This document shows positions 8,980 to 18,243 of a stretch of 64,000 nucleotides of DNA, piece by piece. The notes beneath the pieces were generated by a model. It made no database searches, had not been told where the DNA came from, and saw only the letters and a list, made by a program, of their open reading frames with translations. Numbering within the stretch: the stretch's first letter is position 1; every line of letters starts with the position of its first letter. The stretch is taken from NCBI GenBank assembly GCA_965204375.1, contig OZ241986.1, positions 6,240,001 through 6,304,000 on the forward strand, in the 5' to 3' direction. This DNA comes from Candidatus Latescibacterota bacterium (GTDB lineage: Bacteria > Latescibacterota > UBA2968). A program made the position numbers and the translations under genes.

Positions 8980-10173
8980 ATGCAAATAGTCACTATGGTT
9001 ATGATAATGGCAATTCTGTTCAGCGCGGTGGCTCCCACGCTCGCATACGCAGCCATATACTTGCAAGGCACAGAGGTCAATGCCAATACGTTGGTCCAAG
9101 ATGCTTATGTGCGAGTCACTTATTACGATAGCAATGCAGAACAGAAATTGGCGAAGGGATGGATTGATACTATTGGTGAAACTTCGTTCACAATCCGAGA
9201 AGGAGGATTCAGGGGTAAGAAGACCATTGCCTACGACCAAGTTGTGTCAGTGATCATGAGTGACGAATCAACAGCACCTGTAAAGCAGATGAATGAGGTG
9301 AATCGGTTTATTCGAGAGATGAAGAATAGAGAGATAGAGCAGACGAAAAAAGAGAAAGAAGCAAAGGAAGAGCAGATAAAAAGAGAGGCTGAACAGGCTG
9401 CCATTCAACGGCTCAAACAGCGTCTAAAAGACAAGGTCGTTATGATTGGGCAATTCGACTTATCGAAGAGGGAATGGTATGCCCATGTGGTCTATACTTC
9501 TAAAGAAGGATATAAAAGAACAGCAATCGGACAGATTATCAAGCAAGACACGGATCATATCGTGATCAGAGTGCAGGAGAGAGGAGGATTGAAAATTAAG
9601 AAAACAATAGCATACACTGACATCGATACGCTCGTTGTCGCCAAACAGTGGTCAGATATCGAGAGGTATCGAGAAAGCGGTGTGCAATACAATGCCAAAG
9701 TGCGTTTCAAAGCCCCTTTAGTTTCAGAAAGGCGGATGACTGGCAGGCTTATAGCAGTTAAGCAAGATACTCTCGTTATTGAGGGTCCCTTGCGACCTTT
9801 TATACCTGGACGCCGACAACGACTGGTCAAAATGACGCATTACGTCCCTCTTTCATCAATCTCGAATCTCGAAGTTAGCATCGGACAGCAGAGAGAAGTC
9901 ACTAAAGGTCTGTTAATGGGGGTCGGACTTGGAATTGTTGTCTATGTAACTCAATCTCCTGAACCCTGCCCTGATCCTCCCGACTGTACTTTCGCAGGCT
10001 TAGAAGAATTAGGTGCATGGATCCTTGCAGGAGGAACTTGTATGATTTTTACTCTGATTGGTGCTCAAATAAAATCTGAAAAATGGGTTGAGGTTCCACC
10101 GCAACATCTCAACTTGAGTTTTGCGCCTACATCTTCAAAAGGGCTTCGCGCTGCACTCACGTTTAACTTCTAA
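8980..10173 (+). CDS. Array paralog 4
   Basis: AAGGAG RBS, ATG 8980; conserved N block; KSEKWVEVPP..GLRAALTFNF. Confidence 0.85.
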   Translation: MQIVTMVMIMAILFSAVAPTLAYAAIYLQGTEVNANTLVQDAYVRVTYYDSNAEQKLAKGWIDTIGETSFTIREGGFRGKKTIAYDQVVSVIMSDESTAPVKQMNEVNRFIREMKNREIEQTKKEKEAKEEQIKREAEQAAIQRLKQRLKDKVVMIGQFDLSKREWYAHVVYTSKEGYKRTAIGQIIKQDTDHIVIRVQERGGLKIKKTIAYTDIDTLVVAKQWSDIERYRESGVQYNAKVRFKAPLVSERRMTGRLIAVKQDTLVIEGPLRPFIPGRRQRLVKMTHYVPLSSISNLEVSIGQQREVTKGLLMGVGLGIVVYVTQSPEPCPDPPDCTFAGLEELGAWILAGGTCMIFTLIGAQIKSEKWVEVPPQHLNLSFAPTSSKGLRAALTFNF

Positions 10174-10302
10174 TGTCAGGGTCTGTTCTACAGAATATGC
10201 GGTTGGGGATGCTCATTGATGTGATTGCGCTCGGTCACACATGTAAGACCGCGCTTGTATGTGGCGTTTTCGAAATGGTCGGAGAAAGGATGAGGTGATG
10301 TC

Positions 10303-13065
10303 ATGAGAATAGAATGCAGGATACTCAGGATAAGCGCGTGTTTGTTTGCCTTGCTTTGTCTATCGTCTGTTGGAGATGCTTCGCCGCCATCTGCTGGGGA
10401 CAATGTGCATTTTTGCCGCGTTCTCGATTACGAAGACATGCGGGAGCGCGATAGCATTTATGCTGCTACGAAGCACGCGCCTAATCTGAACGTTGGCGAA
10501 CCCCGCACGGTGCGAATGATTTACTTTTTGCCGAATGACCGTCCCTTTCGCCAGGAAGTGGTGGATTCGATGAAAGTGACGATTCGCCAGATTCAGACGT
10601 TTTATGCGGAACAGATGCAGGCGCATGGACATGGGAACAAGACCTTTCGCTTTGAAACCGATGCTCAGGACGAACCAATAGTTCATCGCGTGGATGGACA
10701 AAATCCTACTAATCATTATTCCAATCATACGCCTGTTTTGAGGTACGAGGTTGCACAGAAATTTGATCTCTCAGCGAACATTTACTTCCTTGTCATTGAC
10801 AATGGTACAAATACAGTTGATTTATTAGGCTTTCAAGTGGGAGGGATAGCAATCACACACGGGAATAGTAGAGTTGCGTTGATTCCTGGCGATTTTTTTT
10901 GGACAACAGCAGCACATGAACTTGGACATACCTTCGGATTGGGTCATGACTTCAACGATGATGCATACATCATGTCGTACGGTCCAGGACAAGATCGGTT
11001 ATCTGAGTGTAGTGCTGGGTTTTTAGCAGTGCATCCCTACTTTAATCCGGATGTTGAAACGATAGATACACAGCCGACAATAATCAAACTCATTTCATCG
11101 CAGGACTATCCAGCAGACTCAAAGAGTGTCTTGATCCAACTCAAAGTCAGCGATTCAGATGGGATTCATCAAGTGTTCCTATTTCTTGAAGACGAAGTGA
11201 AGGCGTGTCGTAGATTGCATGGAGAAAAAGATGCTGTCGTTGAATTCGATTATGACGGCGTTTTTCCCTCTGATAACAGCACGAGTCTTTCCGATCCTAA
11301 TATACATCCGATTGATGTGAAGGTTGTTGATACTTTTGGGAATGAGAACTCTCTTCATTTTCTGTTGCGGAACATTTCGGCACCGGGTAAGATCATCGCC
11401 AAGTTTGATGCACATACGAATAATCATGTTACTTCAGTATCATTTTCGCCCGATAGCAAAATACTTATATCAGGGTCATTCGATGGTACGATTAAACTGT
11501 GGGACGTTGCGATACGACGACCTATCACCACTCTACGTACCGGTTCTGTCTTCTCTTTAGCATTGTCGCCTGATGGCACGATGATCGCTATTGGGTCTAA
11601 TCATAGGGTTGACCTATGGGATATTGCGACAGAAAAAAATATTACCCCTCTTGAGTGGTCTATACTTCACTACGTCCATTCTGTAGCGTTTTCACCTGAT
11701 GGCACGATGGTCGCTGCGGGGGCGGGACATGACTCGGGAGGAGGGGGCACAGTTAGACTGTGGGATGTTGCAACAGGAGAAAATATCGCCAATCTTGAGG
11801 GGGATATGAGTTATGTCTGGTCTGTGACATTTTCGCCAGATGGTACCACACTCGCTATCGGGTCAGAGCAGGGAATTATACTGTGGGACATTTCGACGAA
11901 AAATTTTGACACTCTTACGGGATATACAAGAAGGGTCAATTCTGTAAAGTATTCACCCGATGGCACTATCCTCGCGTTAGGGACAGGGGGTGACTACGAG
12001 ACCGCAGCATCTTTTTTGGGGGGCAGAATCTATGTGTGGGAGGTTCCGTCTTGGAGCACTATTGCCACTCTTGAGGGACATTTCGCAGGTGCCTTGTCTG
12101 TAGCATTTTCGCCAGACGGAATGATTCTTGCCTCGGGAGCATTAGATCACACGGTCAGATTGTGGGACGTTGCTACGGGAATAAATATCGCTACCTTTGA
12201 AGCGCATACGGAGGTGGTCCGTTCTGTGGCATTTTCTCCCGATGGGACGATCCTCGCTTCTGGTGCAGGGGATGGCAAGGTCATGCTTTGGGATATGTCA
12301 GATTATGTCACGCCTGTGGTCTATATGCCCGATGCCAACCTGCATGCGGTGATCCGAGATGCGCTGGGCAAATCGCGTTTTGCGCCTATTACCACGACGG
12401 ATATGGCGAGTTTGACTACTCTGGATGCGAGCAACCGCAATATCCGCGATTTGACCGGGCTTGAGTTTGCAACCAATCTGACCGAATTGAATCTTGTGGA
12501 TAATTGGCTGAGTTCGTTGTCTATTAACACGCATATTCCAGCCTTGCAAGAGAGAGGTGTTGAGGTCTTGTTTGACAAGCCTACGACGCTGGTGAATATC
12601 TCAGATAGTGAACAGGAAGGCGTGCCCGGTGCCGTGTTGGGGATGCCTCTGGTCGTTGAAGTGCGAGATCAGGGGGGGGATGTGCTTGCAGGTTCGCCGG
12701 TCACTTTTGTTGTCACGGAAGGAGATGGGGCGCTCAGTGTAGAAACCACTGTGACCGATTCGAGTGGTCGGGCATCGAGCGTGCTGACGCTTGGTAACAG
12801 TTTGGAGCCAATCACTGTTTCGGTTATGGTTGCGGGAATTGAGCAACCGGTGATCTTTTTGATAGAAGCTATGGCTACACCCGATTTCGATAGGGATGGT
12901 GCTGTTGGTTTTGCCGATTTTTTGCTATTTGTAGCACAGTTCGGGTTCAGTGAGGATGATGAGGGTTATGACGTGTGGTTTGACTTGGATGGTGATGGCA
13001 CGATTGGATTTGGGGATTTTCTGATTTTTGCCAATGCCTTTGGCAAAGCCGTATCGTCGAATTAA
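10303..13065 (+). CDS. Secreted multidomain protein: metzincin-like Zn site, WD40 propeller, LRR, Ig-like, dockerin/EF-hand
   Basis: HELGHTFGLGH..IMSY; about 7 SVAFSPDG..LWD repeats; IRDLTGLEFATNLTELNL; TDSSGRA Ig motif; DFDRDGAVGFADF / DLDGDGTIGFGDF. Confidence 0.85.
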   Translation: MRIECRILRISACLFALLCLSSVGDASPPSAGDNVHFCRVLDYEDMRERDSIYAATKHAPNLNVGEPRTVRMIYFLPNDRPFRQEVVDSMKVTIRQIQTFYAEQMQAHGHGNKTFRFETDAQDEPIVHRVDGQNPTNHYSNHTPVLRYEVAQKFDLSANIYFLVIDNGTNTVDLLGFQVGGIAITHGNSRVALIPGDFFWTTAAHELGHTFGLGHDFNDDAYIMSYGPGQDRLSECSAGFLAVHPYFNPDVETIDTQPTIIKLISSQDYPADSKSVLIQLKVSDSDGIHQVFLFLEDEVKACRRLHGEKDAVVEFDYDGVFPSDNSTSLSDPNIHPIDVKVVDTFGNENSLHFLLRNISAPGKIIAKFDAHTNNHVTSVSFSPDSKILISGSFDGTIKLWDVAIRRPITTLRTGSVFSLALSPDGTMIAIGSNHRVDLWDIATEKNITPLEWSILHYVHSVAFSPDGTMVAAGAGHDSGGGGTVRLWDVATGENIANLEGDMSYVWSVTFSPDGTTLAIGSEQGIILWDISTKNFDTLTGYTRRVNSVKYSPDGTILALGTGGDYETAASFLGGRIYVWEVPSWSTIATLEGHFAGALSVAFSPDGMILASGALDHTVRLWDVATGINIATFEAHTEVVRSVAFSPDGTILASGAGDGKVMLWDMSDYVTPVVYMPDANLHAVIRDALGKSRFAPITTTDMASLTTLDASNRNIRDLTGLEFATNLTELNLVDNWLSSLSINTHIPALQERGVEVLFDKPTTLVNISDSEQEGVPGAVLGMPLVVEVRDQGGDVLAGSPVTFVVTEGDGALSVETTVTDSSGRASSVLTLGNSLEPITVSVMVAGIEQPVIFLIEAMATPDFDRDGAVGFADFLLFVAQFGFSEDDEGYDVWFDLDGDGTIGFGDFLIFANAFGKAVSSN

Positions 13066-13080
13066 CAGGAGGAGAACGCC

Positions 13081-14163
13081 ATGCACACCGGACACAACAT
13101 CCGTCAAGCCATTGCCATATTTGTAACCACAACGCTCCTGCTAAACGCGATGACTCCAACGCTTGCACACGCAGCCACATATCTGCAAGGTGCAGAGGTC
13201 AATGCCAATACGTTGGTCCAAGATGCCTACGTTGCAGTCACATATTACGATAGCAAAGGCAAACAGAAATTGGAGAAGGGATGGATTGACGCGGTTGGTG
13301 AAACTTCGTTCACAATTCGCAGTGGACATTGGACCAAGAAGACGATTGCTTACAACAAAGTTCTGTCAGTGATCATGAGCGAAGAATCAGCCATACTAAA
13401 GCAGATGAATGACGTGAATCAGTTGATTCGGGATATGGAATTGCCGGAGGTTGTCATCATGTCACGCGAACAGATTGATGCTTCAAAGATTACGAAAGGA
13501 TGGTATGCCCACATTGCCTATACATCAGATAAGAAGAAAAAAAATGCAACTGGAAAGATTACCGATAGAGACTCAGACCGTATTGTAATTCAAAAGAGGG
13601 AAGAATTCTGGAAAAATTGGAAAATAGCATATAATGAGATGGATACACTCGCTGTTGCGAAACATCAACGGGATATTGAAGGATGGATGTTTATGCGATT
13701 GCTCCAGGAGGGAAATGCCAAAGTGCGTGTCCGTGTCCCTTCGATTAAAAAGAAATGGATGGTTGGCAAGGTCGTAAAAATGACGCAAGACACACTCGTT
13801 ATCCTACGAGGTCGTAGCTTTTATCAGGTGTCCCGTTCTTCAATCTCCAACCTTGAAGTCAACATTGGACAGTATAGAAACACAGAAAAAGGAGCGGCAA
13901 TTGGACTTGGAATTGGAGTTGGCATTCTTGCCCTATCTGCTTGGGATGTACATAAAGCCGACGACGAAAGTAGAGGGTGGGCTGAACTTGAACTTATTTT
14001 GGTCGCTGTACCTGCTGCTGTTCTCACCACTTTAACTGGTACGATAATTGGCGCAATGGACAAATCCGACAAATGGGTCAAGGTGTCGCCTCAGAGTCTC
14101 AACCTGAGCGTTGCACCCACATCGGGTAACGGGCTTCGCGCCGCGCTCACGTTTAATTTTTGA
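13081..14163 (+). CDS. Array paralog 5
   Basis: AGGAGGAG RBS; conserved N block; KSDKWVKVSP..GLRAALTFNF. Confidence 0.85.
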   Translation: MHTGHNIRQAIAIFVTTTLLLNAMTPTLAHAATYLQGAEVNANTLVQDAYVAVTYYDSKGKQKLEKGWIDAVGETSFTIRSGHWTKKTIAYNKVLSVIMSEESAILKQMNDVNQLIRDMELPEVVIMSREQIDASKITKGWYAHIAYTSDKKKKNATGKITDRDSDRIVIQKREEFWKNWKIAYNEMDTLAVAKHQRDIEGWMFMRLLQEGNAKVRVRVPSIKKKWMVGKVVKMTQDTLVILRGRSFYQVSRSSISNLEVNIGQYRNTEKGAAIGLGIGVGILALSAWDVHKADDESRGWAELELILVAVPAAVLTTLTGTIIGAMDKSDKWVKVSPQSLNLSVAPTSGNGLRAALTFNF

Positions 14164-14944
14164 CGTCAGCGTTTTTTTTCGATCCCAAAGCCAATACTCG
14201 AAATCCATATCGCTGAAAGACCGCAGCCGCTGTGTCTGATTGAAAGAAGTGCATGGCGGCTTCTGCTGTTGGTGTGTGTCGTTCTTTTACGATGGCGATT
14301 GGATAGACAATGGGCGTGTGCAATAGGGAATCGGGCAGTGTGGCGATTACTTCGATGCCATTGCTGATTGTCGCGTCTGTGGTATAGACAATGCCGGCTG
14401 CACATTCTCCGCGGGCGACCAGCGCGAGTGCGCCGCGCACGTCCATTGTCGGGGCGATGCGGTTTTTGAGCAATGCCCACCAGCCCAATTTTTTCAGGAC
14501 TTCTACGGCGTAGGTGCCCGCAGGTACATGAGACGGGTCGCCCAGGGCCAATTGTCCATTGAATGCGCTGGAGAAGTCAAAGTCAGCGTGGGGTTCGATT
14601 TCGAATTTTTCATTTTTGGGGGAGATAATTACGAGGGCGTTGCCCAGCAGGTTGATTCGGGTATTGGGTTCGAGCAATTTTTCCGTTGCCAAAAAATCCA
14701 TCCATTTTACATTAGCGGAGAAATATATATCCGCAGGCGCACCCAGGGCTATCTGTTTGGCGAGGATCGAAGAACCGGCAAAAGACATTCGCAAGGATAT
14801 GCCCTGTTTTTCTGCGGTTTTGGAGAGGTCTTGCAGAGCACTCGTCAAGCTGGCTGCAGCATATACGGTTACGGGTTCGGCAAGGGCTATTCCGCGCGTT
14901 GAGAGGCAGGTTGTGATGAAGATGTAGATGAATAGTTTTTTCAT
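14153..14944 (-). CDS. modA: Molybdate ABC transporter periplasmic binding protein
   Basis: Signal peptide MKKLFIY; VYAAASL, FAGSSILAKQI, GDPSHVPAGTYA, GIVYTTDA motifs. Confidence 0.9.
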   Translation of the reverse strand: MKKLFIYIFITTCLSTRGIALAEPVTVYAAASLTSALQDLSKTAEKQGISLRMSFAGSSILAKQIALGAPADIYFSANVKWMDFLATEKLLEPNTRINLLGNALVIISPKNEKFEIEPHADFDFSSAFNGQLALGDPSHVPAGTYAVEVLKKLGWWALLKNRIAPTMDVRGALALVARGECAAGIVYTTDATISNGIEVIATLPDSLLHTPIVYPIAIVKERHTPTAEAAMHFFQSDTAAAVFQRYGFRVLALGSKKNADVKN

Positions 14945-14962
14945 GGGATGGAGGAGAATAGT

Positions 14963-15616
14963 ATGAGCGATTTTTGGGTTCAAGATGGCGAGACGATGTT
15001 GTTGATTGGCGATAGTATTACGGATTGTGGCCGGCGGGCGGCTGAGGCACCGCTGGGCAATGGGTATGTGCGGGCGTTTACAGAGATTGTGACGGCGCAG
15101 TTTCCCGAGCGAAATATTACTTATATCAATAAGGGGATTGGCGGCAATCGCGTGACGCATTTGCACGAGCGCTGGCGAGAAGATGTGATTGATCACGCGC
15201 CGGATAAGTTGTCGATTAAGATCGGGATTAATGATTTGCACAGCCTTTTGCGACAGGCGGAGGATGCGGTTCCGCCCGCGCGATTTGAAGCGTTGTACGA
15301 TGCGATTTTGGATACGACACAACGGGAGATTGGATGTCCTGTTGTGCTGATTACGCCGTTTTATATTTCGACGGATACATCCGGACAGACGTTTCAGAGC
15401 GAGGTTATGGCGTTGATTCCAGAGTATATCGGCATTGTAGAGAAGATGAGTAAAAAATATGGGACAAAGCTGTTGCGTTTGCACGATCTTTTCCAGGCGC
15501 ATTTGAAATATAGAGGTTCAGAAACTTTTTGTCCAGAGCCTGTGCATCCCAATCGGACAGGGCACTTTATTATTGCAGATGCGTTGTTTAAGATGCTGTG
15601 TGAAAGACAAGTGTGA
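14963..15616 (+). CDS. SGNH/GDSL hydrolase
   Basis: IGDSIT, KGIGG, IGIND, EPVHP blocks. Confidence 0.9.
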   Translation: MSDFWVQDGETMLLIGDSITDCGRRAAEAPLGNGYVRAFTEIVTAQFPERNITYINKGIGGNRVTHLHERWREDVIDHAPDKLSIKIGINDLHSLLRQAEDAVPPARFEALYDAILDTTQREIGCPVVLITPFYISTDTSGQTFQSEVMALIPEYIGIVEKMSKKYGTKLLRLHDLFQAHLKYRGSETFCPEPVHPNRTGHFIIADALFKMLCERQV

Positions 15617-15686
15617 AGTGAGAAGTAAGAAGTGAGAAATGAAAGGCATCCCCTCTCTCCTCTTACGTCTTACCTTTTACCTTTTC
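15608..15686. repeat. Inverted heptamer (AAGTGAG / CTTAC..) microrepeat hairpin
   Basis: GTGAAGTGAGAAGTAAGAAGTGAGAAATGA followed by TCTTACGTCTTACCTTTTACCTTTTCA; related to 35318-35410. Confidence 0.6.
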
Positions 15687-15712
15687 AGCTTTCTTCAATT
15701 GGAGGCATATCA

Positions 15713-16798
15713 ATGGACAAGCTCAAAATTGCACATATCGGCACGGGGAATCGTGGGACAAATGTGTACCTTCCGCTCATTGCCAAGTTGAAGGACGATC
15801 TCGAATTGGTCGCTGTTTGCGATGTAAGCGAAGATTCTGTCAAGGCGCAGGGCGCAAAGTATAACGTTGCTGCATATACAGATACCGCTGAGATGCTGGA
15901 AAAAGAGAAGCCAGATATTTGTTCTATCGTTATTACCCCGAGCAATAATCATATTCCGGGGCTGTTGTGCTCTGAACATGGTGTGAGTTACTGCACCGAG
16001 ACGCCGATCGACACAGACCTCGGCTGGGCGGACGAGATGATCGAGTCCGCAAAGCAGCACGGGACAAAGATTGAGGTCAACGAAAACTATTATCGCGTGC
16101 CATCGGAACGGATTAAACGCGAGATGATTCTGGCGGGTGTATTCGGCAAGATCAACGTTGCTTACAACGAATTTCGCGGGCACGGTTATCACGGGATCGG
16201 CTTGATTCGCAGTTACGTCGGTTTTGATAACGAACCCCTTCGCGTGTTCGGTTTGCGAAAGAGTTTCACCGTGCAGGAACACGTTTGGCGGCAAGGTCAG
16301 CCGACGCGCGACTCAGAGGATTGGCAGCAAGGCGTCATCGAATTTGCCGATGGCGCGGTCGGGATATTCAATTTCAGCAGTTTGTCTTACGGTTCGCCAC
16401 TTCGCGGTTTCAACGGCACGAAGTTCTACGGCGAACGTGGGATGTGCTTCCGCGATGATGCGGTTATTCTGAACGATACCGCCGATGAGCAGCGCAAAAT
16501 CACGGTTGTCCGCAAGACCAACGATGTCGATGGGTTTGAGACCCTGGCCGCACTCGTGGCGGATACAACGCCGGAGGTGGTGTGGAAAAATCCATTGCAA
16601 AATTATCCGCTCAGTGATGGCGAAATTACCGTCGCGTCAGAACTGATGAGTATCGCAAATGCCGTTCGCGACGATACTGAGCCAGAATATGGGGCTTACA
16701 ATGGTCGTAAGGACCGGGAGATTGACGTGGCGATGGCGAGGTCGTGGGCAAACGATGGTGAACCTGTGACGTTCCCATTTGAATACGAGCGGCGATGA
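15713..16798 (+). CDS. Gfo/Idh/MocA family oxidoreductase
   Basis: IGTGNRG Rossmann motif, LVAVCD, TETP (EKP variant); GGAGG RBS. Confidence 0.85.
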   Translation: MDKLKIAHIGTGNRGTNVYLPLIAKLKDDLELVAVCDVSEDSVKAQGAKYNVAAYTDTAEMLEKEKPDICSIVITPSNNHIPGLLCSEHGVSYCTETPIDTDLGWADEMIESAKQHGTKIEVNENYYRVPSERIKREMILAGVFGKINVAYNEFRGHGYHGIGLIRSYVGFDNEPLRVFGLRKSFTVQEHVWRQGQPTRDSEDWQQGVIEFADGAVGIFNFSSLSYGSPLRGFNGTKFYGERGMCFRDDAVILNDTADEQRKITVVRKTNDVDGFETLAALVADTTPEVVWKNPLQNYPLSDGEITVASELMSIANAVRDDTEPEYGAYNGRKDREIDVAMARSWANDGEPVTFPFEYERR

Positions 16799-16799
16799 A

Positions 16800-18080
16800 T
16801 TACGTCTTTAACTTTTTTAGCCATTCTGCTGCTTCGCTCAGGCTATCGAGGGTGCGGCAGAAGGCAAATCGCAAGTATCGGTCGCCGTCGTTGCCCGTTG
16901 CGTAGAAGTTGTCGCCGGGTACGGGGGTGACGCCGATTTCCCGGGTCATGTACAGAGCGGCATCGGTTGCGTTCATGTCGCATAGGGTGGGGACGGAGCG
17001 GTAATCGGCAAAGAGGTAGTAGGAGCCATCGGGTGGGGTGATTTTGAATCCGGTGGATTGGAGGGCGTTGAGGAGCAGGTTGCGTTTTTGTAAGAATGGT
17101 TTGTGAATATTTTTGAAGATGGCGTCGGGCAATTGCAACAGGTGCTCGGCGCCTTTTTGCAATGGGGTGGGAGCTTGCACGACGAGGGTGTCGTGAACAG
17201 CGCGAATCCGCGGGGTGTGTTGTTCGGGCGATATGACCCAGCCGACGCGCCAGCCGCTGGCGTTGGCGGTTTTGGTGATGGCGTTGACGACGATGGTGCG
17301 CTCGGCCATGCCAGCGAGTGTTGCGGGGCAGATGTGAACGCAATCGCCGTAGAGGATGTGTTCGTAGATTTCGTCGGTGATTAGATATAGATCGCGTTTG
17401 CAACAGAGGTTTGCAATGAAGGCGAGTTCTGCTTCGGAGAATACTTTGCCCGTGGGGTTGTGTGGCGTGTTGAGGATGAGTGCGCGCGCGCGTTTTGCCG
17501 CGGTGGCCCATTCGTCTTTGTCGATTGCCCAGCCATCGCTTTTTTCGCGGAGGGTGACATATTCGCAGCGCAGCCCGAAAAGGCTGGCTTGATTGGGATA
17601 CATTTCGTGAAAGGGTTGTAAGACGATAACGCTGTCGTCGGGATTGCACAGGGCGCGAAGTGTTGAGGATAGTCCTTCGGTCGCGCCTGCGGTGACGGTG
17701 ATTTGCGTTTCGGGATTGGGGCGAAAGGCGTAGAACCGCTGGGTGTAGTCTGCGATGGCTTCCCGAAGTTCGGGCAATCCGTAGGGAAAGGAGTACTGGT
17801 TGTAGCGGTCGTGTTCGGGTTGGAGGATGGCGCAGAGGTCTTTGAGAGAGCGGTTGTGGTGGGCATTGCCCGCGTTGCGCGAGAGGAGGTCGCGGAGGGC
17901 GAGCGCGTGCAATTGCTCGGCGCCTTCATCTGAGCCACCCAGTATGGCGGCGATGCCCGCCCAGGCGAGGTCGTAGAGTACGGGTTCGTCTGTGATCCCT
18001 TGAGAGAGGTTTATGGCATTGTGCTCAAGGGATAGGCGGGTCATGCGCCGAATAACGGATTCTTGTGGGGCAGAGAACAT
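16800..18080 (-). CDS. PLP-dependent aminotransferase class I/II
   Basis: NLSQG, NTPHNPTG, TDEIY, TKT..SGWRVG. Confidence 0.9.
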   Translation of the reverse strand: MFSAPQESVIRRMTRLSLEHNAINLSQGITDEPVLYDLAWAGIAAILGGSDEGAEQLHALALRDLLSRNAGNAHHNRSLKDLCAILQPEHDRYNQYSFPYGLPELREAIADYTQRFYAFRPNPETQITVTAGATEGLSSTLRALCNPDDSVIVLQPFHEMYPNQASLFGLRCEYVTLREKSDGWAIDKDEWATAAKRARALILNTPHNPTGKVFSEAELAFIANLCCKRDLYLITDEIYEHILYGDCVHICPATLAGMAERTIVVNAITKTANASGWRVGWVISPEQHTPRIRAVHDTLVVQAPTPLQKGAEHLLQLPDAIFKNIHKPFLQKRNLLLNALQSTGFKITPPDGSYYLFADYRSVPTLCDMNATDAALYMTREIGVTPVPGDNFYATGNDGDRYLRFAFCRTLDSLSEAAEWLKKLKT

Positions 18081-18243
18081 AAGCAACCACTGTCAGAATC
18101 AGGATATTCAGGATAAAAGGATGAGCAGGATGAAAAGGCGCGAGGCACAAGAGGCGAGGCAACCTGCCTTCAGCCCCAGATTTTCGCCTTTTATCTGCGT
18201 AAAACGCTCAAATTACTCGCGTTTTTTCTGCGTCATCTGCGGA

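Noticed and set aside
1720-14163. DGR, shufflon or integron as the diversifying mechanism of the array
   Set aside because: No reverse transcriptase, recombinase or integrase in the window; no adenine-specific TR/VR pair, inverted crossover sites or attC-like palindromes between genes
14945-15502. 186-aa N-terminal extension of ModA in the ORF track
   Set aside because: It is the antisense frame of the SGNH gene; a proper signal peptide starts at 14944
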